Below are positions 18,553 through 28,379 of a stretch of DNA of 64,000 nucleotides, one piece after another. This DNA is from Mucilaginibacter sp. 44-25. Lineage in GTDB: Bacteria; Bacteroidota; Bacteroidia; Sphingobacteriales; Sphingobacteriaceae. Position numbers and translations under genes: made by a program. Under the pieces are notes generated by a model that did no database searches, was not told the origin of the DNA, and saw nothing but the letters and a program-made list of their open reading frames with translations. The stretch lies in the NCBI RefSeq assembly GCF_001898335.1, contig NZ_MKTS01000007.1, forward strand, positions 9,311-73,310, given 5' to 3'. How positions within the stretch are numbered: position 1 is the first letter of the stretch; every line of letters starts with the position of its first letter.

Positions 18553-21500
18553 TTAATTTACATTTTCAGGAACTTCAATTAGGTGGTGAGATGTCTCTGG
18601 TGCCGGCTTTTTATTTTGGCCGATGGATGCGAAGATCACATAAAGGCCGGGGATAAGGATAAGCCCGAAGACGGTACCGAAGAGCATACCCCCGGCAGCA
18701 GCGGTACCAATAGATCGGTTACCTAATGCGCCCGCACCACTCGCGATACAAAGCGGTATTAAACCCGCAACAAAGGCCAGGGAAGTCATCAGGATAGGGC
18801 GCATACGTGACACGGCACCTTCTACCGCTGCTTGTAAAACGGTTAATCCTTCGCGCTGGCGCTGCACAGCAAATTCTATGATGAGGATGGCGTTCTTTCC
18901 TAATAAACCAATGAGCATAACCAGTGCTACCTGCGCGTAGATGTTATTCTCGAGACCTAATATCTTGAGGAAGAAAAACGCCCCGAAGATACCTGTAGGT
19001 AAGGAGAGAATAACAGGAATTGGCAACAGGAAGCTCTCATATTGTGCAGACAACAGCAGGTAAACGAATATTAAACAGATAATGAAGATATATATCACCT
19101 GGCTACCGGAGAGGATCTGCTCCCTCGTCATGCCCGACCATTCAAATGTATAGCCTTTTGGCAGGCTTTTATCGGCAACGGCTTTAATGGTACTGATGGC
19201 ATCACCGCTACTATAACCAGGCGCGGCGTCACCCGTTACCATGGCCGATGTGTACATGTTGTAACGCGTTAGCTGCTCGGGGCCAAAAACACGTTTCATG
19301 CTGATGAAGGTAGAGAACGGTACCATTTCGCCGTGCTTGTTCTTGATCATCAGTTGGAGAACATCCTCAGGTTTGGTACGAAACTCAGGCGATGCCTGTA
19401 CCATTACCTTATACAGCTGCCCAAAACGGATGAAGTTTGAGGCATAAAAACTACCCATGAGCGTTTGCAGGGTAGACATGGCTTCATCAATGGTGATACC
19501 TTTCTTGGCGGCCATCACCTGGTCAACCGATATCATGTACTGCGGGAAGTTAGCATCAAAACTACTGAATGAGCCATCTACCTGTTCGGTAGCATTTAGA
19601 TCGGCAAGGAACTTATTGGTTACCGCGGCTGTTTTCTGCAGATCGCCGGTACCTGTTTTATCCAGCACCCGTATCTCAAAACCGCTGGAATTACCAAAGC
19701 CCGGTACTGTAGGCGGCGGGAAGAACTGTATAGAAGCATCAGTTAAATACTTAGTCTTCTGCGTTAACTCTTCGGTTATTTTAGCAATGGATTTGTCGCG
19801 TTTTTCCCAAGGCTTCAGGTTGATCATCACCATACCGTATGATGCACCTGCAACGCTGTTCACCAGGCTGTAACCGGCAAGGGTAGATACCGATTCAATT
19901 TCGGGAATATGTTTGCTTTGCGCTTGTATGGCCGACATTATCTGCTCAGTACGCTCTACAGTTGCGCCGGGTGGGGTGGTGATGTTGGCGTAGATAACGC
20001 CCTGGTCTTCTGTTGGAATAAAACCGGTTGGTAAAATGGCACTCAAGCCCCATGTAGCCGCCAAAAAGAATAGTAGCATGGCAACGGTAATTATTCTCCG
20101 ACCGGCAATACGCGTAATAAGGCCCGAGTATTTGTTTTGAATACCATCGTAGCGTTTGTTAAAGCCGGTAAAGAACCTGCCGAGTAATCCTTTTGATGGC
20201 TTGCTGGCATCGTGCGGCTTTAACATTAGGGCACAAAGGGCAGGGGTAAGGGTTACCGCATTAACACCGGATATTACAATGGATATTGCCAGCGTTAGTG
20301 AGAACTGCCGGTAGAACACGCCAACCGGCCCGGTCATAAACGCCACCGGCACAAACACTGCCGACATTACCAGTGTAATAGCGACGATGGCTCCGCTGAT
20401 GCTTTTCATGGCACTTAGGGTGGCATCCATTGGCGACAAATGTTCTTCGGCCATTTTTACGTGTACAGCTTCAACTACCACAATAGCGTTATCCACTACA
20501 ATACCAATGGCGAGCACCAGCGCAAACAATGTAAGCAGGTTAATAGAGAAGCCAAGCATCTGCATAAAAAACAACGTACCTATCAGGGCCACAGGTACCG
20601 CCAATGCCGGTATCAGCGTTGAGCGGAAGTCCTGAAGGAAAAGGTACACCGCAATAAACACCAGTATAAATGCCTCAACCAATGTGCGCAAAACCTCATG
20701 GATGGATGCATCAAGAAAGCGGGATACGTCGTAATTGACATTATACTCCATGCCGGATGGAAACTGCGTTTCCTTTAACTCGGCCATGCGGTTTTTGATG
20801 TTGTTGATCACCTCTCGGGCGTTGGAGCCGGGCCGCTGTTTGATCATGATAGACGCCGATGGGCGGCCATCTGTCTTGGAGATCATACCGTAGGTTAAAG
20901 CACCAAACTCTACATCAGCAACCTGATATAATTTAAGTACGGTACCGCTGCTGTCTGCACGCAATACGATATTCTTGTATTGGTCCGGCTCAAAAAATTT
21001 ACCGGGATAACGTAAGGTATATTGCAGCAACTGCGGCGATTTATCGGAGCTTTGCCCGGTAGAACCCGGCGCAGCCTCTACGTTTTGCGCGCGGATAGCG
21101 GCAATAACCTCATCGGTAGAGATATGGTAGGCCGACATACGATCGGGTTTAAGCCAAACACGCATGGCGTATTCTTTGGCACCCATGATCTCGGCACGGC
21201 CAACACCGTCTATTCTTTTAAGCTCCTGTAAAACGTTAATATCTGCAAAGTTGTAAATGAACTTCTCGTCGAGCGTGCTGTCCTTACTCATTACGTTAAG
21301 GTACATCAGCATACTGTTTACCTCTTTCTCGGTAGTTACGCCGGCTTTAATAACCTCCTCGGGTAACTCATCAATAATAGTGGAAACACGGTTCTGCACG
21401 TTTACCGCCGCCTGGTCTGGGTCGATACCTACATTAAAGAATATCTCGATAACCGTTAGCCCGTTGTTGCTACACACGGTACTCATGTAGGTCATGCCGG

Positions 21501-21717
21501 GTACGCCGTTAATGGCGCGCTCCAGCGGGGTTGCCACGGCCTTGGCACAAACTTCGGCGTTGGCACCGGTATAGTTGGCCGTTACTGTTACGGATGGCGG
21601 CACAATATCCGGGAATTGGGTTACTGGTAACTGTATCAGTGCCAGTACGCCCAACAGCGTTATAATAAGAGAAATGACCAGTGATAACACCGGTCGTTTT
21701 ATGAAAACTTCAAACAT
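18553..21717 (-). CDS. RND efflux permease (HAE1, AcrB/MexB family)
   Basis: FIKRPV, QFPDIVPP, AIGIVVDNAIVVVE, GKNAILIIEF, RMRPILMTS; 1054 aa. Confidence 0.97.
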   Translation of the reverse strand: MFEVFIKRPVLSLVISLIITLLGVLALIQLPVTQFPDIVPPSVTVTANYTGANAEVCAKAVATPLERAINGVPGMTYMSTVCSNNGLTVIEIFFNVGIDPDQAAVNVQNRVSTIIDELPEEVIKAGVTTEKEVNSMLMYLNVMSKDSTLDEKFIYNFADINVLQELKRIDGVGRAEIMGAKEYAMRVWLKPDRMSAYHISTDEVIAAIRAQNVEAAPGSTGQSSDKSPQLLQYTLRYPGKFFEPDQYKNIVLRADSSGTVLKLYQVADVEFGALTYGMISKTDGRPSASIMIKQRPGSNAREVINNIKNRMAELKETQFPSGMEYNVNYDVSRFLDASIHEVLRTLVEAFILVFIAVYLFLQDFRSTLIPALAVPVALIGTLFFMQMLGFSINLLTLFALVLAIGIVVDNAIVVVEAVHVKMAEEHLSPMDATLSAMKSISGAIVAITLVMSAVFVPVAFMTGPVGVFYRQFSLTLAISIVISGVNAVTLTPALCALMLKPHDASKPSKGLLGRFFTGFNKRYDGIQNKYSGLITRIAGRRIITVAMLLFFLAATWGLSAILPTGFIPTEDQGVIYANITTPPGATVERTEQIMSAIQAQSKHIPEIESVSTLAGYSLVNSVAGASYGMVMINLKPWEKRDKSIAKITEELTQKTKYLTDASIQFFPPPTVPGFGNSSGFEIRVLDKTGTGDLQKTAAVTNKFLADLNATEQVDGSFSSFDANFPQYMISVDQVMAAKKGITIDEAMSTLQTLMGSFYASNFIRFGQLYKVMVQASPEFRTKPEDVLQLMIKNKHGEMVPFSTFISMKRVFGPEQLTRYNMYTSAMVTGDAAPGYSSGDAISTIKAVADKSLPKGYTFEWSGMTREQILSGSQVIYIFIICLIFVYLLLSAQYESFLLPIPVILSLPTGIFGAFFFLKILGLENNIYAQVALVMLIGLLGKNAILIIEFAVQRQREGLTVLQAAVEGAVSRMRPILMTSLAFVAGLIPLCIASGAGALGNRSIGTAAAGGMLFGTVFGLILIPGLYVIFASIGQNKKPAPETSHHLIEVPENVN

Positions 21718-21756
21718 GTTTACTATTGCTAATAATTACATCAAAATAGGAAAGAC

Positions 21757-22902
21757 TTACTCGTCTTGCGCTTTCATGGCAAGCAGGTTTTTGGGCGGCG
21801 CAACTGGTTTAATGGTCATACCGTCGCGGGCGTTTTGGGCACCCTCCAACAGTATGCGTTCTCCGGGTTTAAGGCCATCCTTTACCACGTAGTAGCTGGC
21901 TAAACGGGTAATGGGCTTAAATGCCTGCATGTGTAATTTATTAGCAGCGTCTACCGTGTAAACGTAGCTTTTGTCCTGTATATCAAATACGGCTTGCTGC
22001 GGCAGCAATATCACACTATCCATTTCTGTAGTGATGTATAGCTTGGCCGATGCGCCGTGTCTTAGTAATTTGTTTGGGTTGGGGAAACGTGCCCTGAAAT
22101 CTATTGAGCCTGTGCTTTGTTCTATCTGCCCCTCAACGGTTTCTATCTTACCGGGATGGTTGTATTTACTGCCATCAGATAGTACAAGTTTTACTTGCTC
22201 ATCATCTTGCTTGGTTACATTCCGGCGTGCGCGTTCATAACGCAGGTATTCTGTTTCGGGAAAGCTGAAATAGGCAAATACTTCGCTTATGTCACTAATA
22301 TCGGTTAGGAGTGTGCCTTCTTCAACAAGGCTTCCGGCTTTAAGTGGTATACGGTCAATAATGCCATCAAACGGTGCGCGAATGCTGGTATAGGCAATAT
22401 GATTATTGGCACTTTGAACAGCGCTTTGGGCTTCCTCAATCGTTGCCCTGTCCGCATTCAATTTGGCTTCGGCAACATCTAATTCTGATTTTGAGATCAC
22501 ATTTTTATTAACCAATATTTTGATGCGTTCCATTTCTACCTCCGTAGCCCGGGCAGCGGCACGGGCATTGCTTAATGCAGCCTTCGCCTTGCTTAGCATC
22601 ACGCGAAACTCTTCATCATTTATTTTGAACAGGAGTTGGCCTTTTTTAACGGCCATGCCTTCGTCTACAAATATCTTTTCTAAAAAGCCTTTAACACGGG
22701 TACGTACCTCTACGTTTTTAATGGCCTGTATATCGGCTACGTAACCGGTTTGTAAAACGGTATCAGTTTGTTTAAGTGTATAAACCGGAAAGCTTGGTGC
22801 TTCTTCTTTCTTTTTGTCGCTGGCGTTACCACCTGCGCATCCGTATATAAGTACTGTTAAAACCGCCAGCATATTATACACCGGCGCATATGATTTTTTC
22901 AT
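21757..22902 (-). CDS. RND efflux membrane fusion protein (periplasmic adaptor)
   Basis: Lipobox IYGC, VEVRTRVKGFLEK, IRAPFDGII, RARFPNP..LLRHG. ATG 22902 preferred over the longer ORF start. Confidence 0.95.
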   Translation of the reverse strand: MKKSYAPVYNMLAVLTVLIYGCAGGNASDKKKEEAPSFPVYTLKQTDTVLQTGYVADIQAIKNVEVRTRVKGFLEKIFVDEGMAVKKGQLLFKINDEEFRVMLSKAKAALSNARAAARATEVEMERIKILVNKNVISKSELDVAEAKLNADRATIEEAQSAVQSANNHIAYTSIRAPFDGIIDRIPLKAGSLVEEGTLLTDISDISEVFAYFSFPETEYLRYERARRNVTKQDDEQVKLVLSDGSKYNHPGKIETVEGQIEQSTGSIDFRARFPNPNKLLRHGASAKLYITTEMDSVILLPQQAVFDIQDKSYVYTVDAANKLHMQAFKPITRLASYYVVKDGLKPGERILLEGAQNARDGMTIKPVAPPKNLLAMKAQDE

Positions 22903-22990
22903 TTTAATAATTGCTGTAATTAAATATTTAAAACGGCTTAGCCGCAAGAGCAGGAAAATACTGCAAGGAGCAGTGTTTAATTACAGCAGA

Positions 22991-23380
22991 TCAGAAAGGA
23001 CTTAAACGAAAGAGATGTTCGTACTGGGCAAGAGAAAAAGTACGGTGTTCAAAAAAGCTATGGCTGCTTATTCGAAGATGTTTTGCAAAGTTAGAATAGG
23101 TAAAAACCTCGGCTATGGGTAGGTTAGCTATAAAATTTACCTGGTTGTTAACCGTGTACCGGTTACGGGTATTTATTTTATGCTGCTCCTGTTGGTCGTT
23201 CTTTTTGCATTTACCGGGGAAATTAACAAGAAACGAAAAAAGTGTATCGTCACTAAAGCAAGTGCCGATATCGCAGTGGCTGTTAAAACGGTGGTTCTCA
23301 AACGGATTGGTAGGATGATAGCAAACCAGGGCGTTAATGAGCCATACGCAAAGTAAATATGTACTCCACTTTTTTAACAT
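22991..23380 (-). CDS. Hypothetical small exported protein upstream of the efflux operon
   Basis: ATG ORF with hydrophobic N-terminus, co-oriented with the MFP gene; no recognised domain. Confidence 0.5.
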   Translation of the reverse strand: MLKKWSTYLLCVWLINALVCYHPTNPFENHRFNSHCDIGTCFSDDTLFSFLVNFPGKCKKNDQQEQHKINTRNRYTVNNQVNFIANLPIAEVFTYSNFAKHLRISSHSFFEHRTFSLAQYEHLFRLSPF

Positions 23381-23528
23381 GTATCAGTTTTCCTTAACAG
23401 AAACGGATAGATATGGTTTCTGTAATTGCGAAGTTACTATATATATGTGTAAAGTATACACATTATCGCAAAAAAAGACGTGCAATCTAATAATGTTTGT
23501 TAAACAACGTACCAATAATGATAATGCC

Positions 23529-26500
23529 CTATTGGTTTTTACCTTTTATGGGTATAGTAAACCAAAATGTTGAGCCTTGGTCAGCCGTACTGTTTACACC
23601 TATTTCACCATGGTGACGCTTGATGATCTCGGCTGATATATACAGGCCAAGGCCGAGGCCTGAAATATGGCTTGATGATTCCTGCACACGGTAAAACCTG
23701 TCAAACAAGAAATCTTTTTTATCATCCGGAATACCTATGCCGAAATCTTTAACGCTTACCTTAAAATTGTCTTTATCTAAACTACAGGTAACAATCACTT
23801 TATTGGCTTTAGGCGAATATTTAATGGCGTTGGTGAGGAAGTTAGTCACTACCTGCTCAAGACGGGGCCTGTCGGCACTTACCATCATTTCACAATCAGC
23901 CAAATATTCTATTTTGTGTGTGGTATTTTGCGCATACACCTCCTCAAGGCATTCTTTAACCATGGCAGCAGCGTCAAAAGACGAATAATTGAGTACCATT
24001 TTACCTTCCTGTATTTTGGTAACATCCAAAAGATCATCTACCAGGGTGGTTAACTTGCCGGTTTGTTTATTAGCCTTATCAATAAACGAGGCCAGGGTGG
24101 TGTCTTTCCCGTCGGTCTTATCAACCATACGCTTAAGTATTTGAAGCGAGCCTTTTATGCTGGTGATAGGGGTTTTAAGTTCATGGCTGGCAATGCTCAT
24201 AAACTCATCCTTCTTTTGCATGAGTTCTTCAGCAGCTTTACGGCCTTTAATTAAATCGGTAACCTCGAATCCGAAGAAAGCAATACCGTCAACATTACCA
24301 TCTTCTGAATAAACGGGGGTATAAATGAAATCAAACCAGCAGTCCTTTTTTTCACCGGTTTTGTGATCATACCGATATACGTGGAAGGCATTTTTTACAA
24401 TGGTTTTCCCTGTTTTTAGTACCTGATTTTCTACCTTGAAAAGCTCTGAGTTTTTCATATCAGGATGCACTTCGAGGCTTTTGCGGCCAAGGTAACTCCT
24501 TTGACCATCAAACTTTTCAAAGGCCTTATTTACAAATTCGTAAATTAATTCTGGACCACGTTTAATGGTAATAAGGGCCGGGGCATTGGTGAATATACTA
24601 TAGAACTCGTCCTGTTGTTTTTTAACTAACTGTAGCAGTTCTTTACGGCGGCTTTCGGCCTGTTTTTGCTTGGTGATATCAATAATATAACTTACGGAGT
24701 TAATGGCGGTATTATCTTGTGTTAACACAGCCGAGCCCATCAGTACCCAAAGCTTATCTCCATTACGTTTTTTGTATTGCTTCTCAAAAGGCGGAACAAC
24801 ACCTTTTTCTTTTAACTCGTTTACCGCCCATTCGCTTATAGCTATGTACTCAGGCAGAGTGATCTCCCGCCAATTGAGCGGATTTTTTTGTACATCTTCC
24901 CTTGTGTAACCGAGCATGTTAAGGAACGCATCATTCGTTTCAATGATACGGCCATCCATGTTGGAGAACACCATACCGATCATGTTACTTTCAAACACCT
25001 TACGGAACTTACTTTCACTTTCGTAAAGGCGTTTTTCAGTTTCTACCAGGCGGGTAATATCAATAATAGAACCTACCAAACGGTGTGGTGTATTAAATTC
25101 GTCTTCAAGTATACTGCAACGATCCAGTATGATAGCATAAGTGCCATCGGCCTTGAGGAAACGGTACTCTGCCGACCATTGCCCCTGATGTGTATTAATC
25201 GCTTCATAAACGCCTTGCTCAATACGTAGGCGATCATCAGGGTGTATTTTCTCAAACCAAAAGCTGATGTTGTTCACCTTCTCATCCAGCGGGTAGCCGA
25301 ACATGGTAGTAAAGTTCTCGCTGCGCCACATGGTGTTGGTTACCAGGTCCCAGTCCCAAATGGTATCGTTAGTAGCTTTTGATACCAACTTAAAGCGTTC
25401 TTCACTTTCAGTAAGTTCTTTTGTACGATCCAATACGCGCTGCTCCAATTCATTATTTAAATTACGGAGACCTTCGCGGGCAGTTATCAGCTCGTTGTAA
25501 TTATTTTTTAGTTTCTGCTCCGATTTCTTGCGTTCTGTAATATTGCTTAAGCTTACTACAAAACCATCGTTCATTTTGGCTATTGCAGCCTGATACCACT
25601 CATCATTGTCGGCTTTAAGCTCAGTGCTAACAGGTTTGGCGCCTTCCGCAATTTTGATATACTGGTCAAACTTGATAAGATTGTTCAGATCAGGCAGATC
25701 TTTAATTGATGGCTGGTTATCCATCTCCTCGCTGTTTTTACCAACCAGATTTAATGCTGCGTTGTTGTAAGCAATGCAAACAAAGTCAACCACTTTATTA
25801 TTGGCATTACGCATCTCTCTAAATGCCATAATAGCCGCAGAACTGGCATTAAACACCCCTGAAATAATGTTGTTCAGCTCAGTAATAACAGATATATCCA
25901 CAAAAGATATGACCACGCCGTCTGCGGTTCTGTCTTTTTTAATGTAAGGCATTATGCGCATCAGGTTATTTTTACCATTATTGAGCATAATTTCTTTTTC
26001 CATCATTTGCCCGCGTGAAAGCACGGTATGTATATCATTTATGAGATTATCATATTTGATATTGCTGGATATATGATTGATAGGGCGTCCAATATCAGCC
26101 TCTATCAGATTGATCATTTTTACGGCAGCGGGGTTAAACTTGCGTATACGCAGGTTGGCATCAATAAATATCTGCCCTATATCCGTACTTCGGAAGTAGT
26201 TGGTAAGGTCATCATTCAACTCTATAAGCTCACGTATCTTAAGCTGGTGCTCGGTATTTAATGTATGCAGTTCCTCGTTAAGTGATTGCAACTCTTCGTT
26301 ACCTGATTGCAGTTCCTCGTGAGCTGATAGTAATTCCTCATTACTTGATTGCAACTCCTCATTAGTTGTTTCCATCTCCTCGATGGCCATTTGCAGGTTG
26401 GTACGGGTTTCATTGAGCTCCGCTTCCATTTCCATGAGGTACTCAGACTGTTGCTCATTGCCAACAGGCGGAATTTCTATACCATCTTTAGGCAGGCTTT

Positions 26501-28379
26501 CAGTTTTTGTTTCGGTAAACATGAGCAGCGTATAGCCGTTCGACGATCTCGAGTCGGGTGGTTTTACCGTTATCTGTAATAAAATATCGTTCTCTCCACG
26601 TTTGAAGCGAACACGGTTAAGATGGGTCTTCTTGTTTTCTTTCCATGCCTTGCGTATAGCGGTGTTTAAAACCACAGATATATCTTTGCTGAGCATGTTA
26701 AGGATATTCAAATCAAGTTTTTTATCCGGTAGGGTAAGGAACTGATTGAAATTCCCAATAGTTTCTTTTATAGTGTAGCTCTTATCAATAAAAATACCTA
26801 CCGTTCCAAACTCTTCGAGTATAAGGTCCCTAAACTCGTCTTCCAGTGTTCTGGGAGAATCAGTATTAGCGACGTATAGCTTCCTGTCAGCATATTTAAG
26901 CCCGGTGGTAGCTGCTGAATAGGTGTGGTGCAAACCGTAGTTAATGGTGCCGGTTTTTTGATAGATCTTCCATTTGCCACTTATCTCTGTTAATCCATCC
27001 TTTAAGCTCGAAGAGTTTTCACTTGAGCCTAAAAAAAGGTAGCCATCGCGGTTAAGAGAATAATGAAGCGTGGCCAAAACCTTTTGCTGCAACAGATTAT
27101 TCATGTATATAAGCATGTTGCGGCAGGTAACCAGGTCGTTTTTTATAAACGGCGGCGATTTTATAACGTTATGCTTGGCAAAAACAATTTGTTTGCGTAC
27201 CGATGGTATAATAGAGTAGTTTTTACCTTCTTTGACGAAATATTTTTTTAGCAGGTTGGCCGGTACTTCTTTGTCTATACTTAAAGGATATTTATTACGG
27301 GAGGCAATATCAATGCTTGCTTCGTCAACATCAGTAGCAAATATTTTAAGTTCAAGTTTTTTTCCTGTACGCTGTAATTCTTCAATAATCAGAATGGCTA
27401 TGGAATAAGCCTCCTCCCCGGTGCTACAGGCGCAAATCCATATTTTAAGCATTTCGCCATCTGACTTACGTTCTATAATTTTAGGGATTATATCCTTGGC
27501 CAGTATATCAAAAGCAGGTTTATCACGAAAAAATTTAGTTACGTTGATCAGAAAATCCTTTGCCAAAATTTTCACCTCGGCAGGTTTCTCATTCAAGAGT
27601 TCAACATAGCGCTTAAAGTCCTTAATATTTAAAGCATTCATGCGCCGGTCAATCCGCCTGAGTATGGTTGGTGTTTTATACAGATTAAAATCCTGCCCAC
27701 TGTTGGTATGCACCAATTTAAAAACCTGGTTCATGAGTGCATCATCGGGTTGGTTGTCCTCTAAAGATGGTTTATGCTGCTGGCTAACATAGTTGTAAAT
27801 TTCTGTATGCATTTTAGCCGGTGGCAATATAAAATCAGCATTACCCGAAGTAATGGCACTATTAGGCATGCCATCAAACTTTGCGGTTGAAGGCTCCTGG
27901 ACAATTACCATGCCGCCGCATTCCTTGATCATCTCAATACCTTTTGTACCATCTGTACCGGTGCCTGATAAGATGATAGCGATCGCTTTTTCTTTTTTAT
28001 CCTTGGCGAGTGTAAATAAAAAAGTATCTATAGCAGTATTAGGAGCTTTTTGAGTGCCTTTATCCGCCAGGCGTAATTTATGGCCACGTATGGTCATGAG
28101 CTTTTTGTTGGGGATAATGTATACACAATCGCGCTGGAGCGTCATGTCATTTTCCGCCTCAAAAACCTTCATATGGGTATGCTTGGATACAAGTTCTACC
28201 AACAGGCTTTTATAATCGGGCGATAGGTGTTGTATAACAATAAAAGTGAAGCCCGAGTTGGCAGGCATATTGTCAAAAAACTCATGTATGGCTTCCAGTC
28301 CACCGGCAGATGCGCCAATGGCAATAATATACCTGTCGGTAACTGTGATATCCGGAAACTGTAATTTGTTTTCTTTCAC
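23529..28379 (-). CDS. CheB methylesterase-CheR methyltransferase-coiled coil-PAS/PAC-histidine kinase fusion (1616 aa)
   Basis: CheB GASAGG/IQHL/GTGTDG; CheR NVTKFFRD, WICACSTGEEAYS, FATDVD, CRNMLIY; NEELQS heptads; several PAS; HisKA ASHELKTP; HATPase NAIKYS, DFGIG, GLGLGL. Confidence 0.95.
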   Translation of the reverse strand: MKENKLQFPDITVTDRYIIAIGASAGGLEAIHEFFDNMPANSGFTFIVIQHLSPDYKSLLVELVSKHTHMKVFEAENDMTLQRDCVYIIPNKKLMTIRGHKLRLADKGTQKAPNTAIDTFLFTLAKDKKEKAIAIILSGTGTDGTKGIEMIKECGGMVIVQEPSTAKFDGMPNSAITSGNADFILPPAKMHTEIYNYVSQQHKPSLEDNQPDDALMNQVFKLVHTNSGQDFNLYKTPTILRRIDRRMNALNIKDFKRYVELLNEKPAEVKILAKDFLINVTKFFRDKPAFDILAKDIIPKIIERKSDGEMLKIWICACSTGEEAYSIAILIIEELQRTGKKLELKIFATDVDEASIDIASRNKYPLSIDKEVPANLLKKYFVKEGKNYSIIPSVRKQIVFAKHNVIKSPPFIKNDLVTCRNMLIYMNNLLQQKVLATLHYSLNRDGYLFLGSSENSSSLKDGLTEISGKWKIYQKTGTINYGLHHTYSAATTGLKYADRKLYVANTDSPRTLEDEFRDLILEEFGTVGIFIDKSYTIKETIGNFNQFLTLPDKKLDLNILNMLSKDISVVLNTAIRKAWKENKKTHLNRVRFKRGENDILLQITVKPPDSRSSNGYTLLMFTETKTESLPKDGIEIPPVGNEQQSEYLMEMEAELNETRTNLQMAIEEMETTNEELQSSNEELLSAHEELQSGNEELQSLNEELHTLNTEHQLKIRELIELNDDLTNYFRSTDIGQIFIDANLRIRKFNPAAVKMINLIEADIGRPINHISSNIKYDNLINDIHTVLSRGQMMEKEIMLNNGKNNLMRIMPYIKKDRTADGVVISFVDISVITELNNIISGVFNASSAAIMAFREMRNANNKVVDFVCIAYNNAALNLVGKNSEEMDNQPSIKDLPDLNNLIKFDQYIKIAEGAKPVSTELKADNDEWYQAAIAKMNDGFVVSLSNITERKKSEQKLKNNYNELITAREGLRNLNNELEQRVLDRTKELTESEERFKLVSKATNDTIWDWDLVTNTMWRSENFTTMFGYPLDEKVNNISFWFEKIHPDDRLRIEQGVYEAINTHQGQWSAEYRFLKADGTYAIILDRCSILEDEFNTPHRLVGSIIDITRLVETEKRLYESESKFRKVFESNMIGMVFSNMDGRIIETNDAFLNMLGYTREDVQKNPLNWREITLPEYIAISEWAVNELKEKGVVPPFEKQYKKRNGDKLWVLMGSAVLTQDNTAINSVSYIIDITKQKQAESRRKELLQLVKKQQDEFYSIFTNAPALITIKRGPELIYEFVNKAFEKFDGQRSYLGRKSLEVHPDMKNSELFKVENQVLKTGKTIVKNAFHVYRYDHKTGEKKDCWFDFIYTPVYSEDGNVDGIAFFGFEVTDLIKGRKAAEELMQKKDEFMSIASHELKTPITSIKGSLQILKRMVDKTDGKDTTLASFIDKANKQTGKLTTLVDDLLDVTKIQEGKMVLNYSSFDAAAMVKECLEEVYAQNTTHKIEYLADCEMMVSADRPRLEQVVTNFLTNAIKYSPKANKVIVTCSLDKDNFKVSVKDFGIGIPDDKKDFLFDRFYRVQESSSHISGLGLGLYISAEIIKRHHGEIGVNSTADQGSTFWFTIPIKGKNQ

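Noticed and set aside
26250-26400. 21-bp periodic DNA repeats as a CRISPR or VNTR
   Set aside because: They encode the NEELQS heptads of the CheBR kinase; there are no spacers and no cas genes.
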